Assembly (NCBI GenBank): GCA_031414595.1
Contig: JANNVX010000103.1
Span: 1 to 15,436, forward strand
DNA from: Deinococcales bacterium
GTDB taxonomy: Bacteria > Deinococcota > Deinococci > Deinococcales > JAAFIG01
Reading direction: 5' to 3'
Length of the DNA: 15,436 nt
Program-made: the position numbers and the translations under genes
Part shown: positions 1-7,780 of the stretch, in pieces
How the letters are laid out: each line of letters begins with the position of its first letter
Numbering within the stretch: position 1 is the first letter of the stretch
Notes under the pieces: model-generated
What the model saw: the letters and a program-made list of their open reading frames with translations, nothing else
Database searches by the model: none
What the model was told of the DNA's origin: nothing

Positions 1-480
1 GCAATGTCCAACAATTCCAAAGCGAAAACACATTAGCACTCGAGAATTACCAAGCAGCCCTCGAGTTATTCCGTGCAGTCGGCGATAAACTCGGCGAAGC
101 AAATACCCTACTAGCAATCGGCAATGTCCAACAATTCCGAAAAGAAAGCACATTAGCACTCGAGAATTACCAAGCAGCCCTCGAGTTATTCCGTGCAGTC
201 GGCGATAGACTCGGCGAAGCAAATACCCTAAAAGCAATCGGCAATGTCCAACAATTCCAAAGCGAAAACACATTAGCACTCGAGAATTACCAAGCAGCCC
301 TCGAGTTATTCCGTGCAGTCGGCGATAAACTCGGCGAAGCAAATACCCTACTAGCAATTGGAGATGTCCAACGATTCCGAAAAGAAAGCACATTAGCACT
401 CGAGAATTACCAAGCAGCCCTCGAGTTATTCCGTGCAGTCGGCGCTAGACTCGGCGAAGCAAATACCCTTGGCTCATTAG
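1..480 (+). repeat. Four tandem 120-bp coding repeats in A-B-A-B' order (240-bp higher-order period)
   Basis: Units 1-120, 121-240, 241-360, 361-480. Units 1 and 3 differ at one base; units 2 and 4 share ttccgaaaagaaagc and tagactc. Confidence 0.97.
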
Positions 481-725
481 CCCAAATGGGAATTTCAAAG
501 AATTTAGACCAATCCGAATTATGGCTTGAACAGGCTTTGAGCATCTGTCGTCAAATTGGGGACCGGTATGGCTTGGCTGCCCAGACAGGAAATTTTGGGA
601 TTGAACTAATAAACCTTAATCGTTTACCAGAAGCAAGACCATATTTACTCGAGGCAGCCAACTTATTTGAAGCCATAGGCTTAACCGACCATGCCAAACG
701 CCATCGGCAACTGGCAGAATCCTAG
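3..725 (+). CDS. Tetratricopeptide-repeat protein, C-terminal part (5' end outside window)
   Basis: Frame open from base 3 to TAG 723-725, in frame with track ORF 486..725. Encodes 40-aa TPR-like units (NVQQFQSENTLALENYQAALELFRAVGDKLGEANTLLAIG) followed by degenerate TPRs (LEQALSICRQIGDRYGLA, LLEAANLFEAIG). Confidence 0.9.
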   Translation, partial: NVQQFQSENTLALENYQAALELFRAVGDKLGEANTLLAIGNVQQFRKESTLALENYQAALELFRAVGDRLGEANTLKAIGNVQQFQSENTLALENYQAALELFRAVGDKLGEANTLLAIGDVQRFRKESTLALENYQAALELFRAVGARLGEANTLGSLAQMGISKNLDQSELWLEQALSICRQIGDRYGLAAQTGNFGIELINLNRLPEARPYLLEAANLFEAIGLTDHAKRHRQLAES

Positions 726-755
726 CAAGAAATAGCCCGAAAAATGGTGTCTCGA

Positions 756-884
756 GAGATTGCTGAGATTGAGATTGCTTCGCCTCGTTCTTGACCCCTA
801 CAGCAGCACCTACGGGCTTGGGTTGCTTCCTCGGCTCGCAATGACGAAGCCAAAGCCCTGTCATTGCGAGGCACGAAACAATCT
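756..884. repeat. REP-like palindromic element of the GAGATTGCTTCG...CTCGCAATGAC / GTCATTGCGAG...CAATCT type
   Basis: ctcgcaatgac (835-845) is the exact reverse complement of gtcattgcgag (860-870). agattgcttcg (772-782) pairs with cgaaacaatct (874-884) with one mismatch. Lies between convergent genes. Confidence 0.75.
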
Positions 885-955
885 AGCCCTTCCTGCACTG
901 CTATTTTGTACTTCGGGGTAGGTGCGGGGTATGCGCCGATGTGTGACTAACTGCT

Positions 956-1432
956 CTAAGCATCTCGAGTGGCAAAATCTTTAAGCACTTGGGCAATGGC
1001 TCGAGAAGCGTTCTTTTGGCTTTTGAGCCATTTGGTAATAATTTCCATATCCTCGAGCGGCGCAGTAATGCGAACTTGTTTGGTGCTGTGACCCAATGGT
1101 TTAGGTCCGGAATTGGGTCGTGCGCCGCCACGCGAAGGGTGCTTGGGATGCTCAGAATAATTTTTTTGCATTTTGAGCCAAATTTCGGCTCGGCGTGAAC
1201 CCAATCGTTCAAGGTGTTGGGCAATACTGGGGGTTACTTCGAGTTCACCACAAATCAATTGTGCGTATTGGGTTTGACTAATCTCGAGTTCCTGAGCTGC
1301 TTTTTTTGGATTTATTTTCAAGGCTTTTAAGTCTCTTTGAATTCCATAACCTGGTGGTAAGGCAATGAAGGGGATTAAATCCCCTTCTTCATAAACGGTA
1401 TATTCTTGATTTTTTATTTGCGTGGTGTACAT
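956..1432 (-). CDS. higA: HigA-family antitoxin (XRE HTH) with an extra C-terminal domain
   Basis: Directly downstream of higB with GGAGG RBS. HigA-like core: PPG..., AAQELEISQTQYAQLICGELEVTPSIAQHLER, AEIWLKMQKNY. Confidence 0.8.
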   Translation of the reverse strand: MYTTQIKNQEYTVYEEGDLIPFIALPPGYGIQRDLKALKINPKKAAQELEISQTQYAQLICGELEVTPSIAQHLERLGSRRAEIWLKMQKNYSEHPKHPSRGGARPNSGPKPLGHSTKQVRITAPLEDMEIITKWLKSQKNASRAIAQVLKDFATRDA

Positions 1433-1441
1433 TGTTACCTC

Positions 1442-1738
1442 CTAGTGGTAATCCACAATCTCGAGTATCAATATGATGTTGCCATCTTGGTCTTTTATAA
1501 TTTCAAAGCACAATCTAAACTGCTTATTCAGTCGCACGCTGTACTGTCCTTTACGCTTACCTTGTAGTCGTTCCATATGTAAACCTGGTGCTTTGTATAA
1601 ATCACGTTCATCTGTGGCTTGCTCCATCAATAGCACGGTATCAAAAAATGCTTGATAGACAGCAAGAGGAAATCTATGAGCTTTTTCTCCTTCAACCAGA
1701 AGTTCTCGAAGTTTATGGTCTTTGAAAACAACCTTCAC
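1442..1738 (-). CDS. higB: HigB / RelE-superfamily toxin (plasmid maintenance system killer type)
   Basis: MKVVFKDHKL start, LHMERLQGKRKGQYSVRLNKQFRLCF and terminal EIVDYH are typical HigB motifs; toxin-first order. Confidence 0.92.
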   Translation of the reverse strand: MKVVFKDHKLRELLVEGEKAHRFPLAVYQAFFDTVLLMEQATDERDLYKAPGLHMERLQGKRKGQYSVRLNKQFRLCFEIIKDQDGNIILILEIVDYH

Positions 1739-1744
1739 AATTAC

Positions 1745-1786
1745 ATTCTACTCAAGAATTTGAATTCTGTCAACGGCGTTCAAATT
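1745..1786 (-). promoter_or_regulatory. Sigma70-type promoter of higBA with overlapping inverted-repeat operator
   Basis: Minus strand: TTGACA (1773-1768), 17-nt spacer, TAGAAT (1750-1745), 6 nt, then GTG start. AATTTGAA (1757-1764) and TTCAAATT (1779-1786) form an inverted repeat around the -35. Confidence 0.85.
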
Positions 1787-1841
1787 TTATGGTCATTTAG
1801 CATATGGTCTTGCAAGTTCACAAAATGATAGTTTCTAGGAT

Positions 1842-4769
1842 ATGGATTCTTATACAGTTGGTCAAACCATCGGTGGCTACACCATCACTCGAGTCGAAGC
1901 CTATAAACAAGTCCAAGGCACATATCTCGAGTTACAACACCTTGCCACGGGCGCAAAGCACATGCACATTGCCTGTGCCGACGACAACAATGCCTTTACC
2001 GTAACCTTCCCAACCATTCCCCAAGATGATACCGGTGTGGCGCATATTTTAGAACATATCGTGCTGTGCGGTTCAGAAAAATTCCCAGTCCGAGACCCAT
2101 TTTTTAGCATGTTGCCACGCAGCCTAAACACCTTTATGAATGCCATGACCTCCTCGGCTTGGACAACCTACCCATTTAGTACCCGCAACCAAAAAGATTT
2201 TTTTAATCTGCTCGAGGTTTACTTGGATGCCACTTTTTTTCCTAAAATCTCCGAGGAAGCCTATAAACAAGAGGCTTGGCGTTTTGAATTTGCCGATGGT
2301 GCGAACCCTAGCACGCCGCTCGAGTACAAAGGGATTGTCTTTAACGAAATGAAAGGCGCAATGGCAAATGCTGGGGATCGGCTTCACCGTGCTTTGAGTG
2401 CTGCGATTTTTCCCGATATTACTTATGGCAATAACAGTGGTGGTGAACCAAGTGCGATTCCAAATTTAACTTGGCAAGACCTCAAGGATTTCCATGCCAC
2501 CCATTACCATCCAAGCAACAGTTATTTTTACACCTATGGCAATTTTGACCTTAAAAATACCTTAAAGATGATTGAAGATAATGTGTTATCGCGTTTTAGC
2601 AAACTCGAGAAAGACTGGTCTATTCCCAATCAACCGCGTTTTCTCAAGCCGCGTTACACCGAAATCAGTTATGCGATTGCCCCTACCGAAGCCAGTGCTA
2701 AAAAAGCCCAAGTGGTAATGGCATGGCTGACCGCGCCGATAACCGACGGTTTTTTATTGTTAAGCCTGCGAATTTTGCAACGGGTGCTGCTGGCTAATGC
2801 CTCGAGTCCTTTGCGCCGCGCCTTAATCGAATCGCAATTGGGCAGTGCTTTATCTGATTACACCGGCTTAAACGATGACCCTCGAGAAGCTATTTTTAGT
2901 GCTGGCTTAAAAGACGCTGACCTTGAAGACACCAAAAAAATCGAGCAGTTAATTCTGGGTACACTCGAGCAAATTGTGCAAAATGGTGTAGACCAAGAGG
3001 CAGTAGATGCCGCAATTCACCGTTTTGAAATCGAGGCTCGAGAAGTCAGCAATGCTGGTTTTCCATTTGCCTTTAAGCCCGGTTTTGATGCGATGGGTGC
3101 TTACTTGTACGGCGGTGATGCGTTTAGTGCTTTACAACTTGATGCTGACCTTGAAAAGCTGGCGGTGGTTCGAGCAAACGGGGCTTACTTTGAGAACTTA
3201 ATCAAAACCCAGCTACTCGAGAATTCGCATCGCGTGACCTTGGTCTTAAAACCAGACCCAGACCTGACAGCTCGAGAAGAGCTTGAGGAAAAAACTAAAT
3301 TAGAACAGATTAAAACGCAACTCTCCCCTACCCAAACAGCTCAAATTATTGCTGATGCAAAAAAACTCGAAGCCGACCAGAACAGCCAACAAAACTTTGA
3401 TTTGCTGCCAACCCTTGAACTGAGCGATGTCCCAATGAACTTTGAGGATGTACCGCACAGCTTGGAGACCATTCATGGCGCAACCGTTGGTATTTTCGCC
3501 CAACCGACCCAAGGTTTGACCTACCTTGATTACAACCTTGATTTTAGTGGTTTAAGTGCTTGGCATAAAGCCTTACTGCCATTTTTTGCTTTTGCAATTA
3601 CCAAAATGGGTGCGGGAAGCAGCAGCTACCTCGAGATGGCAAACCGCATTGAAGCACACACCGGCGGCATTAACGCAGGGATTGGATTTAGACGCGCTCC
3701 AAACGACCTAAACACTGTGCGTCAGAGCTTTGCTTTTAGTGTAAAAACCTTGCACCGTAATCTCGAGCCGACTTACGGCATCCTAAAGGATTTTCTTTGC
3801 AATACAGTCTTTGACCGCGCTCACTTAAAGAACTTGCTGGGCATGTACAAAGCCAGCCTTGACAACCGTTTAACCAGTGCTGGACACATGTACGCCGCAC
3901 GAATGGCAGAAGCCCAACTGTCTAATCTTGGCGCGTTACGTGAAACAATGGAAGGGATTACCCATGTGCGACTTGCCAGAGAACTGGCGACTCGAGACGA
4001 AGCAGGGCTGGATAATTTAATTGGGGAATTCAAAGAAATCATGACCGCGCTTTTTCGCGCCCCAAATGCCCGAATTTGCATCACCACCGATACCGAGCAA
4101 ATAGAAAACGTCAAAACCCAAATGACCGCGCTGTTGGCGGCTCTGCCAGCCCAAGCCCCAAACTCCTCAAGTGACCTGCCAGACTTGCACCCGCGTCAGG
4201 CTCGAGCCGTCAGTGTTGCCACGCCCGTCGCCTACGATGTGGCGCTGTTTACCACCGTGCCATTTACCCATGCGGATGCACCAAAGTTTATGGCGCTGTC
4301 TGAATACCTGCGTAACCGCTACTTACACAAAGAAATTCGTGAAAAAGGCGGCGCGTATGGTGGGTTTGCTGGCGCAAACCGCGAAGATGGCACATTTGCC
4401 TTGGTTTCATACCGTGACCCGCACATCAAACGCACTTTCGATGTCTTTGACGGGATTGCCGAATTTATGGCACAGCCTTTTGAAAAAGATGCGCTTAAAG
4501 AATCCATTTTGGCGGCTTGCGCCGACCTAGACCCACTTTCTAGCCCCGATACCAAAGGGCGCAGCCGCTTTTTTAACGACTTAAGTGGTTATACCCTAGA
4601 AGCTCGAGCTACTTTTAAGCAGCGCCTGCTCGAGACCAGCGAAGATGATTTACGCCGCATTGCTTTGGAGTATTTGCAGAATCCAAGCCGCGCAGTTGTC
4701 TCGAGCAAAGAAAAAATTGCGGAAGCCAATGCTTTAATGAATGAAATTTTTTCTAGCGAAGCGGTTTAG
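1842..4769 (+). CDS. M16C insulinase-family zinc metallopeptidase (presequence protease PreP/Cym1-like)
   Basis: 975 aa; inverted zinc motif HILEH in TGVAHILEHIVLCGSEKFPVRDPFF; NTFMNAMT; GIVFNEMKG; C-terminal IREKGGAYGG and SYRDP. Confidence 0.95.
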   Translation: MDSYTVGQTIGGYTITRVEAYKQVQGTYLELQHLATGAKHMHIACADDNNAFTVTFPTIPQDDTGVAHILEHIVLCGSEKFPVRDPFFSMLPRSLNTFMNAMTSSAWTTYPFSTRNQKDFFNLLEVYLDATFFPKISEEAYKQEAWRFEFADGANPSTPLEYKGIVFNEMKGAMANAGDRLHRALSAAIFPDITYGNNSGGEPSAIPNLTWQDLKDFHATHYHPSNSYFYTYGNFDLKNTLKMIEDNVLSRFSKLEKDWSIPNQPRFLKPRYTEISYAIAPTEASAKKAQVVMAWLTAPITDGFLLLSLRILQRVLLANASSPLRRALIESQLGSALSDYTGLNDDPREAIFSAGLKDADLEDTKKIEQLILGTLEQIVQNGVDQEAVDAAIHRFEIEAREVSNAGFPFAFKPGFDAMGAYLYGGDAFSALQLDADLEKLAVVRANGAYFENLIKTQLLENSHRVTLVLKPDPDLTAREELEEKTKLEQIKTQLSPTQTAQIIADAKKLEADQNSQQNFDLLPTLELSDVPMNFEDVPHSLETIHGATVGIFAQPTQGLTYLDYNLDFSGLSAWHKALLPFFAFAITKMGAGSSSYLEMANRIEAHTGGINAGIGFRRAPNDLNTVRQSFAFSVKTLHRNLEPTYGILKDFLCNTVFDRAHLKNLLGMYKASLDNRLTSAGHMYAARMAEAQLSNLGALRETMEGITHVRLARELATRDEAGLDNLIGEFKEIMTALFRAPNARICITTDTEQIENVKTQMTALLAALPAQAPNSSSDLPDLHPRQARAVSVATPVAYDVALFTTVPFTHADAPKFMALSEYLRNRYLHKEIREKGGAYGGFAGANREDGTFALVSYRDPHIKRTFDVFDGIAEFMAQPFEKDALKESILAACADLDPLSSPDTKGRSRFFNDLSGYTLEARATFKQRLLETSEDDLRRIALEYLQNPSRAVVSSKEKIAEANALMNEIFSSEAV

Positions 4770-4832
4770 AGAATAGGAATTTGCCTCGAGCAGTAGAAGA
4801 AGTGACATGAAAAAAAGTTGAAGGTTCTTGGC

Positions 4833-5492
4833 TTATTCTTCAAGCCACGGAAAACCATTGGGATTGGCTTCCACTTTTTTCCAGAGAATCTCGTTGTTGT
4901 GGGCGCGAATTGACTCGAGAAATGGAAAATCGGTTGGTTCAACTTGGACGCTAAAGAGTGGTTTGACAGGGTTTAGATTTGCCCAGTGGTGCGCTTGGTA
5001 CGAAACACCTTCACGTTCGTCTTTGGGTTGTTGCTTAAATCCTTGCTTGGGTAGCACATAAACCCTTCCAGTACGAAAAGGTTTTTGCTCGAGGGCTGTA
5101 TCTTGAACGCTAAAAAAGTAGATGTCTCGAGGCTGTGGCACTAAAATTTGTATCGCTGCGTTACTGATGCTCATGGGGATTTTTGGGCGGTCTAGGATTG
5201 CAAAAAACATTGCCCAAATACCGTCAGATGCCGCATAGACTGCGTTTTGATTGCCAAACCAATTGGCATCATCGGATTGTCTTGGTTCAAATTCTAGTAT
5301 GCTCGAGTCTCCTGTACCATGAACCAAGTAATTTTTATGGTGTGTCAGCCAGATTAAAAACGCCCATTTAGGAATCGAGGTTTTGGTTAAAAACCCCTGC
5401 TCGAGGGCTGAGCCAAAGGTCTGTTCTAAGGCTTCTTGGTTTTGGGAATAATCAAATTCTGGGCGTGTGAGCCAGTAACTGGGTAGGTTCAT
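4833..5492 (-). CDS. Hypothetical protein, possible ADP-ribosyltransferase-like fold
   Basis: Long ORF. Start placed at ATG 5492, 6 nt after TAGACT (5504-5499), rather than TTG 5498. Motifs LVHGT, AVYAAS, GRVYVL. Confidence 0.75.
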   Translation of the reverse strand: MNLPSYWLTRPEFDYSQNQEALEQTFGSALEQGFLTKTSIPKWAFLIWLTHHKNYLVHGTGDSSILEFEPRQSDDANWFGNQNAVYAASDGIWAMFFAILDRPKIPMSISNAAIQILVPQPRDIYFFSVQDTALEQKPFRTGRVYVLPKQGFKQQPKDEREGVSYQAHHWANLNPVKPLFSVQVEPTDFPFLESIRAHNNEILWKKVEANPNGFPWLEE

Positions 5493-5535
5493 GTTCAAAG
5501 TCTAGTGGTCTTCAATCACCAAAAGTTGTTTGTTT

Positions 5536-6189
5536 TCATGATTGTGGCGTAAATCCAAGATGCAGCGTGTAGGCTCGAGTGTGTTGTTGGGCTTGGCTAT
5601 TTTCTTCGAGTACCCTTGTCCATAATTGGTGCAGTTCGTTGTGCAGTTCCATCGCTTGTTGGGTACTGAGATGAATCGTTGTCCATGAATTCCAAAGTGG
5701 TTTGAGATTGTTTTGTTCGATTTCGATGTTGGGTGGTGGTGTGGCAGAAAAATCTATGCTGTGGCGGTTACTAGAAAGCGCTCGAATACACATTCCGCCT
5801 TGGCTGGCATTAGGTTGTATTAGTTGTCCAGTTCGTACAAAATCAATGCAGTATTGCTCGAGCAGTGGGGTTTGTAAGGACAGCATCATGGCTGTTAGAT
5901 TTTCTTCTTTGGTGCTGGCAAATGGAATAAAAAATTGGTCTGTGACCGCTTGAAAGTATTTGATTGGCTTGCCTTGGCGTGGTTGGGTTCGGGTTTCAAT
6001 AACCAAACCCCATTTGATGAATTTTTCTAAGTGGTATTTGAGGCTCGAGACGGGTTGATTCAGGATTTTAGCGGCTTTAGATAAACTTTGTTCTTGGAAA
6101 AAAATGGCAAAACTCTTAAGTGTTTCTGGGTCGAGCAAGGCTTGGGCGGCTTCGGCGTGGTTCACGTAATGCCAGTCTTTTTGGGTCAT
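5536..6189 (-). CDS. Winged-HTH (ArsR-like) transcriptional regulator
   Basis: ALLDPETL...SLSKAAKILNQPVSSLKYHLEKFIKWGLV...RQGKPIKYFQA is a wHTH with wing; C-terminal LSTQQAMELHNELHQL...YTLHLGFTP. Confidence 0.8.
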   Translation of the reverse strand: MTQKDWHYVNHAEAAQALLDPETLKSFAIFFQEQSLSKAAKILNQPVSSLKYHLEKFIKWGLVIETRTQPRQGKPIKYFQAVTDQFFIPFASTKEENLTAMMLSLQTPLLEQYCIDFVRTGQLIQPNASQGGMCIRALSSNRHSIDFSATPPPNIEIEQNNLKPLWNSWTTIHLSTQQAMELHNELHQLWTRVLEENSQAQQHTRAYTLHLGFTPQS

Positions 6190-6239
6190 GGGGCAGACTA
6201 TACGCTTTTATACCGACTTTTTAGGTGTAAAATCTAGGC
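6190..6239. promoter_or_regulatory. Back-to-back leaderless-type -10 boxes
   Basis: Minus: TATAGT (6202-6197) + 7 nt + ATG 6189. Plus: TAAAAT (6228-6233) + 6 nt + ATG 6240. No Shine-Dalgarno on either side. Confidence 0.7.
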
Positions 6240-6566
6240 ATGGATTTTTCTGAGGCTGTGCAAAAAATTGCGGTGGCACTTAATCCACAACAAATTATTT
6301 TGTTTGGCTCGAGAGCGCGGGGGGATTTTAGAGCCGATTCTGATTATGATTTGTTGATTGTGGTGGATGATAAAGATGAAAGTCGGTGTTTTGAATTGGC
6401 AGGTAAAGCCCATAGTGTTGTTCGTGGCAAAGATTTAGCTTTGGATGTGATTGTGTATCCTAAGTCCGAATTTGAATTCAGTTTGCGTGAACAACATGAC
6501 GTTGTTTGTTATGCAATGGATGATGGGAAGGTTTTGTATGCGCGAAGCGACACGGCGTTGGCTTGA
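6240..6566 (+). CDS. Minimal nucleotidyltransferase (MNT) antitoxin
   Basis: 108 aa; IILFGSRARGDFRADSDYDLLIVV (GS...DxD) and LDVIVY. Confidence 0.92.
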   Translation: MDFSEAVQKIAVALNPQQIILFGSRARGDFRADSDYDLLIVVDDKDESRCFELAGKAHSVVRGKDLALDVIVYPKSEFEFSLREQHDVVCYAMDDGKVLYARSDTALA

Positions 6567-6912
6567 TCGAGCCGAAGAAGACTTAAAATTACTTTCGGTG
6601 TCCAGTGTTTCTGAAACTCCAAACGCGTCTGGTGTGTTGTGTCAACAAGCAGTTGAGAAAATGCTCAAAGCCTGTTGGGTGGAACTTGGTCGTCGTCCAC
6701 CAATGACCCATTTACTCGAGGATTTGTTTTTGGGAGTAAAAGATCAACTTGGTTTTGAACTGAACGAAGATTTTCTTGAGCAACTGACTCCTTTTGGTAC
6801 TGAGGCTCGTTATCCAGCACGGCGTATCTCACCTATTCAAGCGTTATGGGCAGCCGAATTTGCTTTGGAGACTTGTACAACCTTAAAATTATGGCTCGAG
6901 TCGCGTGAATAG
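6538..6912 (+). CDS. HEPN domain protein (MNT-HEPN toxin partner)
   Basis: ATG 6538 overlaps the MNT end. WLDRAEEDL, CQQAVEKMLKA, RRPPMTHLL and ARYP match the HEPN pattern. Confidence 0.88.
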   Translation: MREATRRWLDRAEEDLKLLSVSSVSETPNASGVLCQQAVEKMLKACWVELGRRPPMTHLLEDLFLGVKDQLGFELNEDFLEQLTPFGTEARYPARRISPIQALWAAEFALETCTTLKLWLESRE

Positions 6913-7780
6913 TGCCGAGCGCCTTGGTTTAGCCGGTGCGTTGGCAGCCGTGACCTCGTGGGGCGCAAATTCGGTAATTCTAAAGTTCCTCACAGGGCAG
7001 ATGAGTGTTGAACTCTTAAACGCCTCGAGAATTCTGATTGCCAGTGTCTTTTTTATGGTTATTTTTGTCTACTTGCGCCGTGGCAAGGGTTTTCCTAAGC
7101 TCGAGGCTCGGGACTGGTTGGCGATTGCAGCACTTGGGTTTATCGGAACAAGTCTGTATCAACTGCTTTTTGCCAACGGAATCAAATTAAGTAATGCCAG
7201 CATTACAGCCCTCATCTCGAGTACCAACCCGATTTGGGTCGGGATTCTTGGGGCGTTTTTAGGGCTAGGGTTCACCCGTTGGCAATTTATTGGTGTGCCA
7301 GTCACGATGCTTGGCGTGGGTTTACTTTCGTACTCGAGTATTGTTGGTGCAAGTGTGCAACCGCTTGGGGTGGTGCTTTTAATTGCCTCAAATATGTGTT
7401 GGTCGGTCTATACAGTTTTGTCTCGAGGCTTGATGCAAAAAATCAATCCACTTGAGTTCACCTGTCTTAGTTTTGTACTTGGTGGTCTGCCTTTTGTGCT
7501 TTTGACTGTTCCAGCTTGGTCTGAAGCATCAGTTATCTCGAGTACAACTTGGCTTTGGCTGATTCTATCCGCCCTGATTGCCCAAGTGATTGGTTTTATG
7601 GGCTGGTTTCTTGGCACACAAGCCCTTGGTGCAGCAAGGGTCAGTGTCTTTTTGAACATCACGCCGCTTGTGGGTGTGGCGTTGGCGGCTGGTTTTCTTG
7701 GTGAAAAAATCACGCTCGAGAAAGTCTTGGCGGGTTTAATTATTTTGTTTGGTGTCTGGTTAGCCAATAAAAAATCATAG
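6905..7780 (+). CDS. EamA / DMT family transporter
   Basis: 291 aa, about 10 hydrophobic segments in two halves; SWGANSV, ALGAARVSVFLNITPLVGVALAAGFLGEKIT. GTG start overlaps the HEPN stop. Confidence 0.92.
   Translation: MNSAERLGLAGALAAVTSWGANSVILKFLTGQMSVELLNASRILIASVFFMVIFVYLRRGKGFPKLEARDWLAIAALGFIGTSLYQLLFANGIKLSNASITALISSTNPIWVGILGAFLGLGFTRWQFIGVPVTMLGVGLLSYSSIVGASVQPLGVVLLIASNMCWSVYTVLSRGLMQKINPLEFTCLSFVLGGLPFVLLTVPAWSEASVISSTTWLWLILSALIAQVIGFMGWFLGTQALGAARVSVFLNITPLVGVALAAGFLGEKITLEKVLAGLIILFGVWLANKKS

Noticed and set aside
1-480. CRISPR array or non-coding repeat
   Set aside because: Contiguous 120-bp units with no unique spacers that translate in frame as TPRs.
847-857. 11-mer AAGCCAAAGCC shared with 10720-10730, both beside hairpins
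   Set aside because: Chance 11-mer matches are expected in 15 kb; no further similarity.
616-1224. Track ORFs 616..864, 901..1224 and 989..1198
   Set aside because: They overlap the TPR gene, the palindromic element or higA in other frames and show no recognisable motifs.
6451-6537. Longer HEPN start at 6451
   Set aside because: Would overlap MNT by 116 nt; HEPN-like sequence begins at ATG 6538.
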